Of a stretch of 64,000 nucleotides of DNA, positions 1 to 8,767 are shown one piece after another. The position numbers were made by a program, and so were the translations under genes. Origin of the DNA: Roseiarcus sp. (GTDB lineage Bacteria > Pseudomonadota > Alphaproteobacteria > Rhizobiales > Beijerinckiaceae); contig JBEKAL010000001.1 of the NCBI GenBank assembly GCA_050015935.1, positions 7,679 to 71,678 of the forward strand, written 5' to 3'. Position 1 is the stretch's first letter. Every line of letters starts with the position of its first letter. The notes beneath the pieces were generated by a model. It had not been told where the DNA came from, did no database searches, and saw only the letters and a list, made by a program, of their open reading frames with translations.

Positions 1-60
1 GGGCTCGATCCCGTTCGCTACGGCGACTGGGAAATCAAAGGCCTCGCCTCCGACTTCTAG
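1..60 (+). CDS. 3' end of a DUF1674 / SDHAF4-like small protein (partial, starts upstream of window)
   Basis: Frame 1 reads GLDPVRYGDWEIKGLASDF then TAG. The RYGDWE.KG...DF tail is the typical C-terminus of DUF1674 proteins. Confidence 0.55.
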   Translation, partial: GLDPVRYGDWEIKGLASDF

Positions 61-69
61 AAATTCGCT

Positions 70-606
70 TCACCGCGTCATGACGACCGGCGCGCCGACG
101 CTGACGCGGTCATAGAGATCGATGACGTCCTCGTTGAACATGCGGATGCAGCCGTAGGACGCCGCGGTGCCGACGGAGGCGCGCATCGCCGCGGTGGTGC
201 CGTGGATGGCGACCTCCTCGCGATCGAGCGTGATGGCGCGGGCGCCCATCGGATTGTGCGGAGAGCCGCCGGGGATCAAGTCGGGCAATTCCGGGTGGTC
301 GCGGCGAACCGAATCGGGGGGCGCCCAGGCCGGCGCCACATATTTGCCGTCGACCCGAGCGGCGCCGCTCCATTCCTTGCCGCGCTTGGCGACGGCGACG
401 GGGTAGGCGATCGCGGTGCGCGAATCGACGATCAGGAACAGTTTGCGCGCGCTCTGGCTGATCACGATCGTTCCCGCCGAATAGGGCGACGGGAATTCGA
501 CGACCACGCGGGCGCGCGCCGCGCCGGCGAGCGACAACGCCACGGCGCTCGCGCACAACGCGCGACGCAACATCCGCCCGTCTCGCATCGACCATCGCCT
601 CCGCAT
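70..606 (-). CDS. L,D-transpeptidase (YkuD domain), secreted
   Basis: Catalytic motif IHGTTAAMRASVGTAASYGCIRM (His ... Cys of the YkuD fold). Signal-peptide-like MLRRALCASAVALSLAGAARA. In-frame ATGs at 606, 588 and 573, so the start is ambiguous. Confidence 0.85.
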   Translation of the reverse strand: MRRRWSMRDGRMLRRALCASAVALSLAGAARARVVVEFPSPYSAGTIVISQSARKLFLIVDSRTAIAYPVAVAKRGKEWSGAARVDGKYVAPAWAPPDSVRRDHPELPDLIPGGSPHNPMGARAITLDREEVAIHGTTAAMRASVGTAASYGCIRMFNEDVIDLYDRVSVGAPVVMTR

Positions 607-782
607 TCAAGCCCCGCTTGTCTGCGGCCAGAATACAACAGCGGCGGTTCGCGGTCCTCCAAGTCTCGAAAACGAGGTAAACCAAATCGCTGCGAGGCGA
701 ACGCGTCGCCCACGGCGTTCCCGCTTTTCCGCCAACGACGGCTATCGGTCCGCGAGCGCTCGACGCGCGAGACCGCGTCCCG

Positions 783-1688
783 TCACTCGGGCGCTTGCGG
801 CGTCAGCGACACGCCGTTCCATTGCGCCACGAGGTCCGACAGCATCGGCACACAGGCCTCGCCATGGCCGACGCCGACGGCGAGCGCGTAGGTGTTGCGC
901 ACCGCGGCGCCGATTGGATTGGCGAGCCCGAGGGCCTGGGCGAAGCCTGCGAGGTAGGTGACGTCCTTGCAGGCGTTCGCGATGGTGAAGCGTTGCGCAT
1001 TGCGGTCGCGTTCGAGGACGTATTTGAAGAAGGTCTGATAGAACGGGCAATCCATCCGGCCGTCGCGGATGACGCTGTCGAAGACTTTCGGCGACAGCCC
1101 GGCTTTGGCGCCGATCGTCAGCGCCTCGGAATAGAGCGCGGCGTAGCCCATCGCCAGGAAATTGTTGAGGAGCTTCATCGTGTGGCCGGTGCCCACCGGC
1201 CCGGTGGCGACGATTCGACCGGCGAAGGCTTCGAGAATGGGCCTCGCCCGCTCCACGACCTCGGGATCGCCGCCCACCATGACGTCGAGCGAGCCTTCCC
1301 ACGCGTCCTTCGGCGTCCGGCTCAAAGGCGCGTCGATGAGCGTGACGCCCCTCGGCGCGAGCGAGGCCGCGAGGCGCGTCGTGACCGCAGGCTCCGAGGT
1401 CGAGCAATCGATGACGAGCAGCGGCTTTCCGGCCGCCGCCAACCCATCCTCGCCTTGAATGACCGCCTCGACTTGCGGCGAACCCGTCACGCAGATCAAG
1501 ACGACATCGCAAGCCCGCGCGAGCTCGCGGGGCGAAGACGCCTCGGCGGCGCCGCGCGACTTGAGATCTTCGACCGCTTCGCGCTTGCGATGGGCGAGAA
1601 CGGTCAGGGGCCAGCCCTTCTCGACGATGTTTTTCGCCATGCCGCGGCCCATGAGTCCGACGCCGATGAAGCCGATTTTTTCTTTCAT
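783..1688 (-). CDS. NAD(P)-dependent oxidoreductase, 3-hydroxyisobutyrate dehydrogenase / 6-phosphogluconate dehydrogenase-like family
   Basis: N-terminal Rossmann motif MKEKIGFIGVGLMGRGMAKN. The rest resembles the HIBADH family. Start trimmed to ATG 1688 because the upstream part of the 359-aa ORF is Arg-rich junk. Confidence 0.85.
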   Translation of the reverse strand: MKEKIGFIGVGLMGRGMAKNIVEKGWPLTVLAHRKREAVEDLKSRGAAEASSPRELARACDVVLICVTGSPQVEAVIQGEDGLAAAGKPLLVIDCSTSEPAVTTRLAASLAPRGVTLIDAPLSRTPKDAWEGSLDVMVGGDPEVVERARPILEAFAGRIVATGPVGTGHTMKLLNNFLAMGYAALYSEALTIGAKAGLSPKVFDSVIRDGRMDCPFYQTFFKYVLERDRNAQRFTIANACKDVTYLAGFAQALGLANPIGAAVRNTYALAVGVGHGEACVPMLSDLVAQWNGVSLTPQAPE

Positions 1689-2016
1689 CGCCCGCAAACT
1701 CCTCGCACGCCGTCGTCGTTCACGGCGACGCGTCCGACCCGCGCTCGAGCGTCGCAAATTTCCTCTCGGGGCGCAATCCTTCGTCGCGCCAACGCGACGC
1801 GACCGACGACGCCAAAAGAATCGCGTCGCGAAGTCCGTCCGACGAGTCCGCGCAAGGCCCAAGCAAGCTTATGGTGTTGTGTTTCGCGCCATCAAGGCCG
1901 CGCTCCTCACGCGGATCCATGAGGTCCTCGATTCGAGATCACTTCAGAAGAGTCGATTGGCGACGGCGCTTGCGCGCCCTTTCCCATCGACTTTCGCGAC
2001 AAGAATTGGAAAGAGG

Positions 2017-2637
2017 ATGACAGAAGATCGATTTGTAATTGAGGGGCTGCGCATCCGGCTTCGCGACAATCGCGACAGTTCTGACCTTCTCGAACTGTTC
2101 AACGAAGAGCGATTTCTGCACTATGCGTCCGCGAGAGGGCCCTTCTCCTCGATCGGCGAACTCCAGACCTGGCTCGCCAACATTGCTTGCTCAAGAAAAT
2201 TCGAGGTGGTCGGCGTCTTTGCGGGCAAGACGATCGGATTTGGCGGCCTGTACGTGATGGGCGACGGCCTCAGCCATTCCGGGTGGATACTTCTGGGCGT
2301 GCGCGAAGCGCTGCAGGGACGCGGAATCGGCGCCAGACTGCTGCAGATGTTGATGGCCATCGCCAGTATCATGATTGGATTGCGTCGGGTTCAATTGACA
2401 GTCTTCGGCGACAACGACCCGGCGATAAAGCTCTACCGCCGATTCGGCTTCGAGATCGAGGGGCGCCACCGAGACTTCGTGCGTCGCGGCGATGGGTTCG
2501 TCGACGCTCTCACCATGGCGAAGCTCTACGACGAGCGCGAAGCCGTGACGCCGAACCTCGAGGCGTTGCCGCGGATCGGACAGACGCGCCAATCGCGATC
2601 GGACGAGTCTCGGCGCGAGGCGCTCCGCCCGCGTTGA
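2017..2637 (+). CDS. GNAT family N-acetyltransferase
   Basis: Acetyl-CoA binding motif-A-like LQGRGIGARLL and KLYRRFGFE. Purine-rich RBS (aagagga) directly before ATG 2017. The upstream part of the 392-aa ORF runs antisense through the previous gene. Confidence 0.8.
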   Translation: MTEDRFVIEGLRIRLRDNRDSSDLLELFNEERFLHYASARGPFSSIGELQTWLANIACSRKFEVVGVFAGKTIGFGGLYVMGDGLSHSGWILLGVREALQGRGIGARLLQMLMAIASIMIGLRRVQLTVFGDNDPAIKLYRRFGFEIEGRHRDFVRRGDGFVDALTMAKLYDEREAVTPNLEALPRIGQTRQSRSDESRREALRPR

Positions 2638-3000
2638 TTTGCCGCGTCCCCGACGCGTCGGGGCCCTCGGACGCGGATCGCCCCGCTGGCGTCGATCGAC
2701 CTCGCGGCGAGGCGGAACGACGACCCGCAAAGCGCGCGTCGGGCCGCTTTCCCAGGTTCCAGAGGGCGGCGACGGCGATCTCCGCGGCGAGATTCATCCT
2801 CGGGCAAGATTTTGCCGCTAAGATTATTAATCGCGCCGCCAGAAAGGGGCGAACTTAGCTGCGATCGAGCATCTCGACGGTCTCGAGCCCAAGAAGTTAT
2901 AGCGGACAAATTGACAAATTCCGCATTCAGGACAGAGAATAAATCCCCGCAAGGAACGTGTGATACGAAACTGGATATGCCTACGCAGAAGATAACTCTC

Positions 3001-3348
3001 ATGTCGAACGCCAACGAACGCGCTCCTCGAACACGATGCTTGCGAGAGGGGCGTTGCATGTTCAACAATGGTTATTCAAGTCTTAACGTGCTCGTTCGCA
3101 ATATTTCCTCAACCGGAGCAAAATTGTCCGGCGATGAATTGATTTGCTTGCCGGAAGAATTCGAACTTCAGATCAACAATGGATTTGGCGCGTTCACTTC
3201 GCACTGGGTCAAGCGGGTCTGGTTCCGCACGGACACGATCGGCGTCGCGTTCGTCGATTCCGCTCACGAACGATCTACCGCTTCCCAACCGCAGGGGTCT
3301 CAAAGCGCCGTCTTGGCGCGCGGCCCCGGTCGCGAGGGAATAGCCTGA
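3001..3348 (+). CDS. single-domain PilZ protein (putative c-di-GMP receptor)
   Basis: RxxxR-type motif (ERAPRTR) followed about 25 aa later by a (D/N)xSxxG motif (RNISSTGAKL). Small size. Locally low GC. Start could also be the more upstream in-frame Met. Confidence 0.6.
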   Translation: MSNANERAPRTRCLREGRCMFNNGYSSLNVLVRNISSTGAKLSGDELICLPEEFELQINNGFGAFTSHWVKRVWFRTDTIGVAFVDSAHERSTASQPQGSQSAVLARGPGREGIA

Positions 3349-3841
3349 AGGCGACGCCCGTTCGCCGGCGAGGCGAACTGCGCCACGAAAAGCCCTCAGT
3401 GACGCGAGGTCGGCTCGGACTTCTCTCGTCGCGCTCGCACGGGCGCGCCGAGTTGGCGGAGGTCCTTCGGTCGGCGGCTGCGGCGCCCTGCCGCCCGGCT
3501 CCGGCGCGCCCGTCCCGCGCGCCGACATGCGAAAATCAACGCAACGATTCCGTCGCCCGTCGTCGTCATCCGCCAAGTCCGACAGGCCGCCGGGGAGAGA
3601 GGGCTCGCCCAGGAATTGGGCGGCCGGGTCGCGAGTTAACGCTAAGGCCCTGTCGTCTTTGATTCTTCGGGAAATTTGTGCTAAAGGTTTTGTTAATGGG
3701 GCTTTTGGGTCCCTTAGGCGATTATTTTGTTCCTCGAAGCGCTGAGCTTGAGGGTCGACAGCGTTGACAATCGGGCGACGGGCGCCGGCGTTAAGGATTT
3801 GCGCCGGGGACGAAGCGTCTTGTGTTTGGAGAGTTTGGGCC

Positions 3842-4999
3842 ATGGCGGCGCGAAAGAAGGCGAGCAGGAAATCGTCCAGGACCGTTGCAAAGAAAACCAG
3901 GGCGTCCCCCGGATCGGCTCCGCCCCGCAAGCGCAAGGTCGTCGCCGGCTCCTCCGCCTCGCGGTCGTCCCGGTCGGCAGTCAAGAGCAAGGCCGCGCGG
4001 TCCACGAGGGCGAAGTCGGGCAAGAGCGAAAGCGCGCGGCGTCCCAGCGCTTCGGCCAAGGCGGCCGCTGCGCTTAAGCGCGCGAGCGCGGCGGCGAAAG
4101 CGCGGACGGCGCGGGCCTCGGCGCGCGCGTCGCCCGCGACGGCGGCGAAGCTTGGCCAACCGGTGGATACGAAATTGCAAGTCAGCGCAAACCAAGCCGG
4201 AGAAGCGTCAACAGCGCTCGGCCAAGAGCCGCCGGGCGTGAGCGACGTCAAGGCCTCGCGCGAAGCGCCGGCGCCGGCGCCGCCTCTTGCGCCAGTCGCG
4301 GCGCCCGCGATCGCCAAGGCGAACGCTTCGCCTCTTGCGAAGCGGGCGCCGGTCGCGGCGAAGGCGCCGAAGCCGGGCGCATCCGACGACGCGGCTGGGC
4401 TCGACGAGGAAAATTCGGCGTCAAAGACGATGAAGTCGTCGAGTCATCGCCAGGGCTTCAAGCTGAACGAGTTCGTCGTCTATCCCGCGCACGGCGTCGG
4501 GCAGATCGTGGCGGTCGAAGATCAGGAGGTGGCTGGATTTCGGCTCGAACTGTTCGTCATCAACTTCGCCAAAGACAAGATGACCCTTCGCGTTCCGACC
4601 TCGAAAGTGGTCGGCGTCGGAATGCGAAAGCTTTCGGAACCGGAGGCGGCCAAGAGGTCTCTGGAGATTTTGACGGGCCGAGCGCGGATCAAGCGCACGA
4701 TGTGGTCTCGGCGCGCACAGGAATATGAAGCCAAGATCAATTCGGGCGACATCAACGCCATCGCGGAAGTCGTGCGCGATCTCTACCGGTCGGACGCCCA
4801 ACCCGAGCAGTCGTACTCCGAGCGGCAGCTCTACGAAGCGGCGTTGGACCGAATGATGAGAGAAATCGCCGCGGTGCAGAAACTGAGCGAAATCGACGCC
4901 TTGAAGGCGATCGAGGGACAGTTGAAAAAGGCTCAGCGCCGGGGAGTGAAGTCCGAGACCGCCGAGAGCGAAGACGCGGCGATCGAGAAAGCCGCGTAA
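3842..4999 (+). CDS. CarD/CdnL-family RNA-polymerase-binding regulator with about 225-aa basic Ala/Lys/Ser/Pro-rich N-terminal extension
   Basis: C-terminal 165 aa (FKLNEFVVYPAHGVGQIVAVEDQEVAGFRLELFVINFAKDKMTLRVP ... YSERQLYEAALDRMMREIA) is a CarD_CdnL_TRCF domain. The N-terminus MAARKKASRKSSRTVAKKTRAS... is low complexity. Confidence 0.8.
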   Translation: MAARKKASRKSSRTVAKKTRASPGSAPPRKRKVVAGSSASRSSRSAVKSKAARSTRAKSGKSESARRPSASAKAAAALKRASAAAKARTARASARASPATAAKLGQPVDTKLQVSANQAGEASTALGQEPPGVSDVKASREAPAPAPPLAPVAAPAIAKANASPLAKRAPVAAKAPKPGASDDAAGLDEENSASKTMKSSSHRQGFKLNEFVVYPAHGVGQIVAVEDQEVAGFRLELFVINFAKDKMTLRVPTSKVVGVGMRKLSEPEAAKRSLEILTGRARIKRTMWSRRAQEYEAKINSGDINAIAEVVRDLYRSDAQPEQSYSERQLYEAALDRMMREIAAVQKLSEIDALKAIEGQLKKAQRRGVKSETAESEDAAIEKAA

Positions 5000-5018
5000 C
5001 GACACGGGGGTCGAGCGA

Positions 5019-5042
5019 GGCGGGATCTCGACCGATCCCGCC
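5019..5042 (+). terminator. possible stem-loop downstream of the carD-like gene
   Basis: ggcgggatc-tcgacc-gatcccgcc, a perfect 9-bp stem starting 20 nt after the stop. No clear U-tract follows. Confidence 0.3.
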
Positions 5043-5299
5043 GCCGGCCGCCATCGTTCGGGCGCGGGGACAGCGCGCCCGTCGGGGGAGGTTTTTTTCC
5101 CCGCGATCGCGCGCGACGACGAAGATTCCCGCCGAGACCGCGAACGCGAGTTTGACCAGCGAAATTTCGTCATCCGAGGATCGCGGCGCAGCAGCGCAGA
5201 GAGGCGGCGAGGCGATCTCGCGGCGCCGACGGCGCAGACCGGAATCGGAATTCGGGAAATCGACTGCGCGGGAAGCGGCGACGCCGATCGGCGCCCGCG

Positions 5300-5848
5300 T
5301 CACAGCGCTGGCGCAGTCGCCGCGAGCGCGAAACCTTCACGCGCGGCGGCGAGGTTGAGGCGGGCGAATTTCGCCGGCGTCTCCAGCCGCACCGCCTGTT
5401 CCAAGGAGTCGCCCGCGCAGACGCGCGACAGGCGCGCGAGCGCGCCGAGCGCGACGACATTGGCGATGCGCGGACTGCCCGTCGCGATCGCCCGCTCGCT
5501 GATCGGCAGGACGTGCAGATCGAAGCCGCGCCTGGGCGGGTCGGGAACGAGTCGTTCGTCGACGACGACGAGCGCGCCCGGCTTGATGAGCGCGAGCGAG
5601 CGTTCGAGACCGACCTGCGAAAGCGCGGCGACCATATCGAGCTTCGTCGCCAACGGATAGTCCGCGGCGTCATCGGAAACGATCAGGTCCGAATAGCAAA
5701 ATCCGCCGCGCGACGTCGGCTCGTAACTTTGCGACTGCGCGGCGCGCCTGCCCTCCAGCGCGAGCGCGCGAAAGAGAATGTGCATGCCGATGATCAGGCC
5801 CTGGCCGCCGCTGCCGGCGAGGCGGATTTCGACCCGGGTTCCGCTCAT
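5300..5848 (-). CDS. 2-oxoacid:ferredoxin oxidoreductase, gamma subunit
   Basis: IRLAGSGGQGLIIGMHIL motif typical of POR/KOR gamma. ATGA overlap with the upstream beta subunit. Confidence 0.85.
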   Translation of the reverse strand: MSGTRVEIRLAGSGGQGLIIGMHILFRALALEGRRAAQSQSYEPTSRGGFCYSDLIVSDDAADYPLATKLDMVAALSQVGLERSLALIKPGALVVVDERLVPDPPRRGFDLHVLPISERAIATGSPRIANVVALGALARLSRVCAGDSLEQAVRLETPAKFARLNLAAAREGFALAATAPAL

Positions 5849-6687
5849 CGTCTTTCCCTAGCGCGTTCGATCGCCGCGCGCTGGCGATAGACGCGCCCAT
5901 ATTCGGGCCGATCGCGCTGGACGAGGACGCCGGTGCGCAGGCGATTGGGCCGGAACGGCTCGTCGGCTGCGTTGCCGTAGGCCTCGGGGCGCATGTCGCT
6001 TTTCTGGTTGAGGATCATTTCCGGCGATTCGCCGAGGTCGTTCTTGCGTCCGTAGATTTCGGTGCAGTCCGAGATCGCCTCGATGAAAGAGAAGCCCTCG
6101 TGAGCGATCGCCGCCTTGATCAGGTTTTTCAGCGCCGGCGCCTGTCGCGTGACCTCGCGTCCGACGAAGCTCGCGCCGGCCGCCTCGGCGAGCTTGCAAG
6201 CGTCGAAGGTCGGCTCGGCGTTGCCTTCCGGCGTTGTCGTCGTGACGCGGTCGATCGAAGTCGTCGGCGAAACCTGGCCGCCGGTCATGGCGTAGATCTC
6301 GTTGTTGAGCATCAGGCATGTGAGGTCGAGATTGCGCCGGCAGGCGTGGATGAGATGATTGCCGCCGATCGCCAGACAATCGCCGTCGCCGGTGATGACG
6401 ACGACGTTCAGATCGGGACGGGCGAGTTTCAGCCCGGTGGCGAAGGCGAGGGGCCGGCCGTGCGTCGTGTGGTAGGTGTTGGCGTCGATATAACCGCTCA
6501 CGCGCCCCGAACAGCCGATGCCGGAAACGACCGCGAGCTTGTTCTTGTCCAAGCCCAGCTCATGGACCGCCCAAAGCAGGGCGCGCAGCGCGATGCCGTG
6601 GCCGCAGCCGGGGCACATGAAATGCGGCATCAGTTGCAGCCGCAGGTAGTCCTTGATGTCGAAAGGACCGCGGACGACCTCATTCAT
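5845..6687 (-). CDS. korB: 2-oxoacid:ferredoxin oxidoreductase, beta (TPP-binding) subunit
   Basis: FMCPGCGHGI, GIGCSGR and ITGDGDCLAIGGNHL (TPP-binding GDG) motifs. Substrate specificity cannot be read from the sequence. Confidence 0.9.
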   Translation of the reverse strand: MNEVVRGPFDIKDYLRLQLMPHFMCPGCGHGIALRALLWAVHELGLDKNKLAVVSGIGCSGRVSGYIDANTYHTTHGRPLAFATGLKLARPDLNVVVITGDGDCLAIGGNHLIHACRRNLDLTCLMLNNEIYAMTGGQVSPTTSIDRVTTTTPEGNAEPTFDACKLAEAAGASFVGREVTRQAPALKNLIKAAIAHEGFSFIEAISDCTEIYGRKNDLGESPEMILNQKSDMRPEAYGNAADEPFRPNRLRTGVLVQRDRPEYGRVYRQRAAIERARERR

Positions 6688-7822
6688 CGGCGACGAGCTC
6701 CCGGATCTTGGCGACGATTTGGGCGGGCGTGATCGGTTCGCCGTCGATGCGATTGAGGCCGACGACCTTGCCGCGCGCGCCGGCGAGCCGCTCGACCTCG
6801 AGCACGAGCTGGCCGGCGTTCATTTCCGGCACGAGGACGCGGCGCGCGCGCTCCGCCGCTTCGCGCGCCGCGCCCTCCGGGAACGGCCAAAGCGTGATCG
6901 GGCGCAGCAGGCCGACTTTGATCCCTTCGGCGCGCAGCTCCTGCAACGCGCGGCGCGCGGCGCGCGCGACGATGCCGACGGCGACGACGACGAAGTCGGC
7001 GTCCGCCGTCCGCAGCGTCTCGATCCTTTCGATGCGCGCGCGATGGCGTTCGATCTTGTCGAGAATGCGTTGCAACGCCTTCGACGCGAACTCGGGGTTC
7101 TGGGTGGGAAAGCCGTCGGGGGCGTGGGTCAGGCCCGTGACATGCGCGCGCGGGCCCTCGCCCGGGCGCGCCATCGCCGGCACGAGGTCGTCGGTCTCCG
7201 CATAGGGCGCAAAATCGCGCTCCGTTGCGGCCGCCCATTTTCGATCGACCGTCACGATCGTCTGCCGAGCGGGAACCTCGACCGACTCCATGAGGTGCGC
7301 GACGATCTCGTCGTAAAGCACGATCGCCGGCGTGCGGAATTCTTCGGCGAGATTGAAGGCGCGAATGGTCTCCGTGTAGATCTCCTGCACCGAAGCCGGC
7401 GTCACGACGATGATCGGGTGATCGCCGTGGGTTCCCCATCGCGCCTGCATGATGTCGCCCTGCGACGGCCGCGTCGGCATGCCGGTCGAAGGACCGCCCC
7501 GCATCACGTTGACGACGACGCACGGCGTTTCGGTCATCGCGGCGTAGCCGAGATTTTCCTGCATCAGCGAAAAGCCGGGTCCGCTGGTGGCGGTCATCGC
7601 CTTGGCGCCGCCGAGAGAAGCGCCGATGACGGCGGCGAGCGAACCCATCTCGTCTTCCATTTGGATGAAGACGCCGTCGACGCGCGGCAGCTCGCGCGAC
7701 ATTTGTTCGGCGATTTCCGAGGAAGGCGTGATCGGATAGCCGGCGAAAAAGCGGCATCCCGCAGCGATCGCGGCGAGCGCGCAGGCGCGATTGCCGTGCA
7801 ACGAAGCAAGCGAAGACGACAT
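6680..7822 (-). CDS. korA: 2-oxoacid:ferredoxin oxidoreductase, alpha subunit
   Basis: FAGYPITPSSEI ... TSGPGFSLMQENLGYA ... typical of OFOR alpha. Overlaps beta by 8 nt. Confidence 0.9.
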   Translation of the reverse strand: MSSSLASLHGNRACALAAIAAGCRFFAGYPITPSSEIAEQMSRELPRVDGVFIQMEDEMGSLAAVIGASLGGAKAMTATSGPGFSLMQENLGYAAMTETPCVVVNVMRGGPSTGMPTRPSQGDIMQARWGTHGDHPIIVVTPASVQEIYTETIRAFNLAEEFRTPAIVLYDEIVAHLMESVEVPARQTIVTVDRKWAAATERDFAPYAETDDLVPAMARPGEGPRAHVTGLTHAPDGFPTQNPEFASKALQRILDKIERHRARIERIETLRTADADFVVVAVGIVARAARRALQELRAEGIKVGLLRPITLWPFPEGAAREAAERARRVLVPEMNAGQLVLEVERLAGARGKVVGLNRIDGEPITPAQIVAKIRELVADE

Positions 7823-8767
7823 TCAGGCGACCACGGGTTCGCGCACGCTGGTGCGGACGGAAATGGCGAAGTCCGGGCAAAGCCATTCGCAAACATGGCA
7901 GCCCGTGCAGGCCTCGGGGTTTTTCAGCACGGCGACTTGCTCGGCGCTCAACGTCAGGCAGCGCTCGGGGCACAATTTCACGCAGATGTCGCAGCCCTTG
8001 CACCAGGCGGCGTTGATTTCGAGCCTGACGACGACGTCCTGCCGCGGCAGCGGCGCGGCGCAGCCGGAGAAAGTCGAGTCGAACCGCAGTGAAGGATCGG
8101 CGCGCGCCGCTTGCGCCCAGGCGCGACCGGCCTCGAACGCCAGGCGGTTGATCTGGCGGGTCTTGCGCGGCGCCAGGGATTCGACGGTCGAAAGCCATTC
8201 TTCGACGGGATAGTCCATCGACTCCGACAGGACGCCGAGCAGCACGGTGTTGGCGGCGCGCGCTTCGCCGAGTTCGGAAGCGATGGCCGTCGCGTCGAGC
8301 GCGTAGCTCTCGGCGACCTTGTCGGCGATTTCGGCCGGCGTTTCCAACTCATACTTGGTCGCCGCGCCGAACTTCCGGTTGCGGCAGGCGAAGGGCGGCA
8401 CGATACGGCGCGTGTCGGCGATGAAGACGCCCGCGTTCGGCCTGAGATAATCGAGCCAGCGCAGCCCCTCCGCCCATTCGAGCGCGATCAATGCGTCCGC
8501 TTCGCCTTTGGCGATCGTCGGCGACCACACCTCATCGCCGAAGCGCACGTGGCTGAAGACGACGCCGCCGCGCTTGGCCATGCCGTGCACTTCGCTCTGC
8601 TTGACCTGAAAGCCCTGCTTCTGGCCGATCAGCGCGAGCGCCTTGGAAGCCGTCAACACGCCTTGACCGCCGACGCCGACGATCATGATGTTGCGCGCGG
8701 CGACAGCCGGCCTGTCCGCGATGGCCGCGAGTTTCGCCTCCAAGGAATCGGCGGACGTCGCGCTCAT
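7823..8767 (-). CDS. iorB: indolepyruvate:ferredoxin oxidoreductase beta subunit fused to a 2x[4Fe-4S] ferredoxin (OFOR delta-like) domain
   Basis: N-terminal IMIVGVGGQGVLTASKAL...HGMAKRGG (IorB / POR-gamma fold). C-terminal CKGCDICVKLCP and CTGCHVCEWLCP cluster motifs. ATGA overlap with iorA. The stop abuts the korA start codon. Confidence 0.85.
   Translation of the reverse strand: MSATSADSLEAKLAAIADRPAVAARNIMIVGVGGQGVLTASKALALIGQKQGFQVKQSEVHGMAKRGGVVFSHVRFGDEVWSPTIAKGEADALIALEWAEGLRWLDYLRPNAGVFIADTRRIVPPFACRNRKFGAATKYELETPAEIADKVAESYALDATAIASELGEARAANTVLLGVLSESMDYPVEEWLSTVESLAPRKTRQINRLAFEAGRAWAQAARADPSLRFDSTFSGCAAPLPRQDVVVRLEINAAWCKGCDICVKLCPERCLTLSAEQVAVLKNPEACTGCHVCEWLCPDFAISVRTSVREPVVA

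Noticed and set aside
2648-2663. ccccgacgcgtcgggg palindrome after the GNAT stop as a terminator
   Set aside because: It is a loop-less 8+8 palindrome with no T-tract, which is too weak to call.
3109-4317. 402-aa minus-strand ORF antisense to the CarD N-terminal extension
   Set aside because: The plus frame continues without interruption into a bona fide CarD domain, while the minus product has no recognisable feature. However, the low-complexity region cannot by itself prove which strand is coding, so the extension is flagged as a finding that needs start-site verification.
6653-8198. 479-aa plus and 504-aa minus ORFs over the OFOR alpha / iorB genes
   Set aside because: They overlap strongly motif-supported OFOR genes in other frames, and their Arg-rich composition is that of shadow frames.
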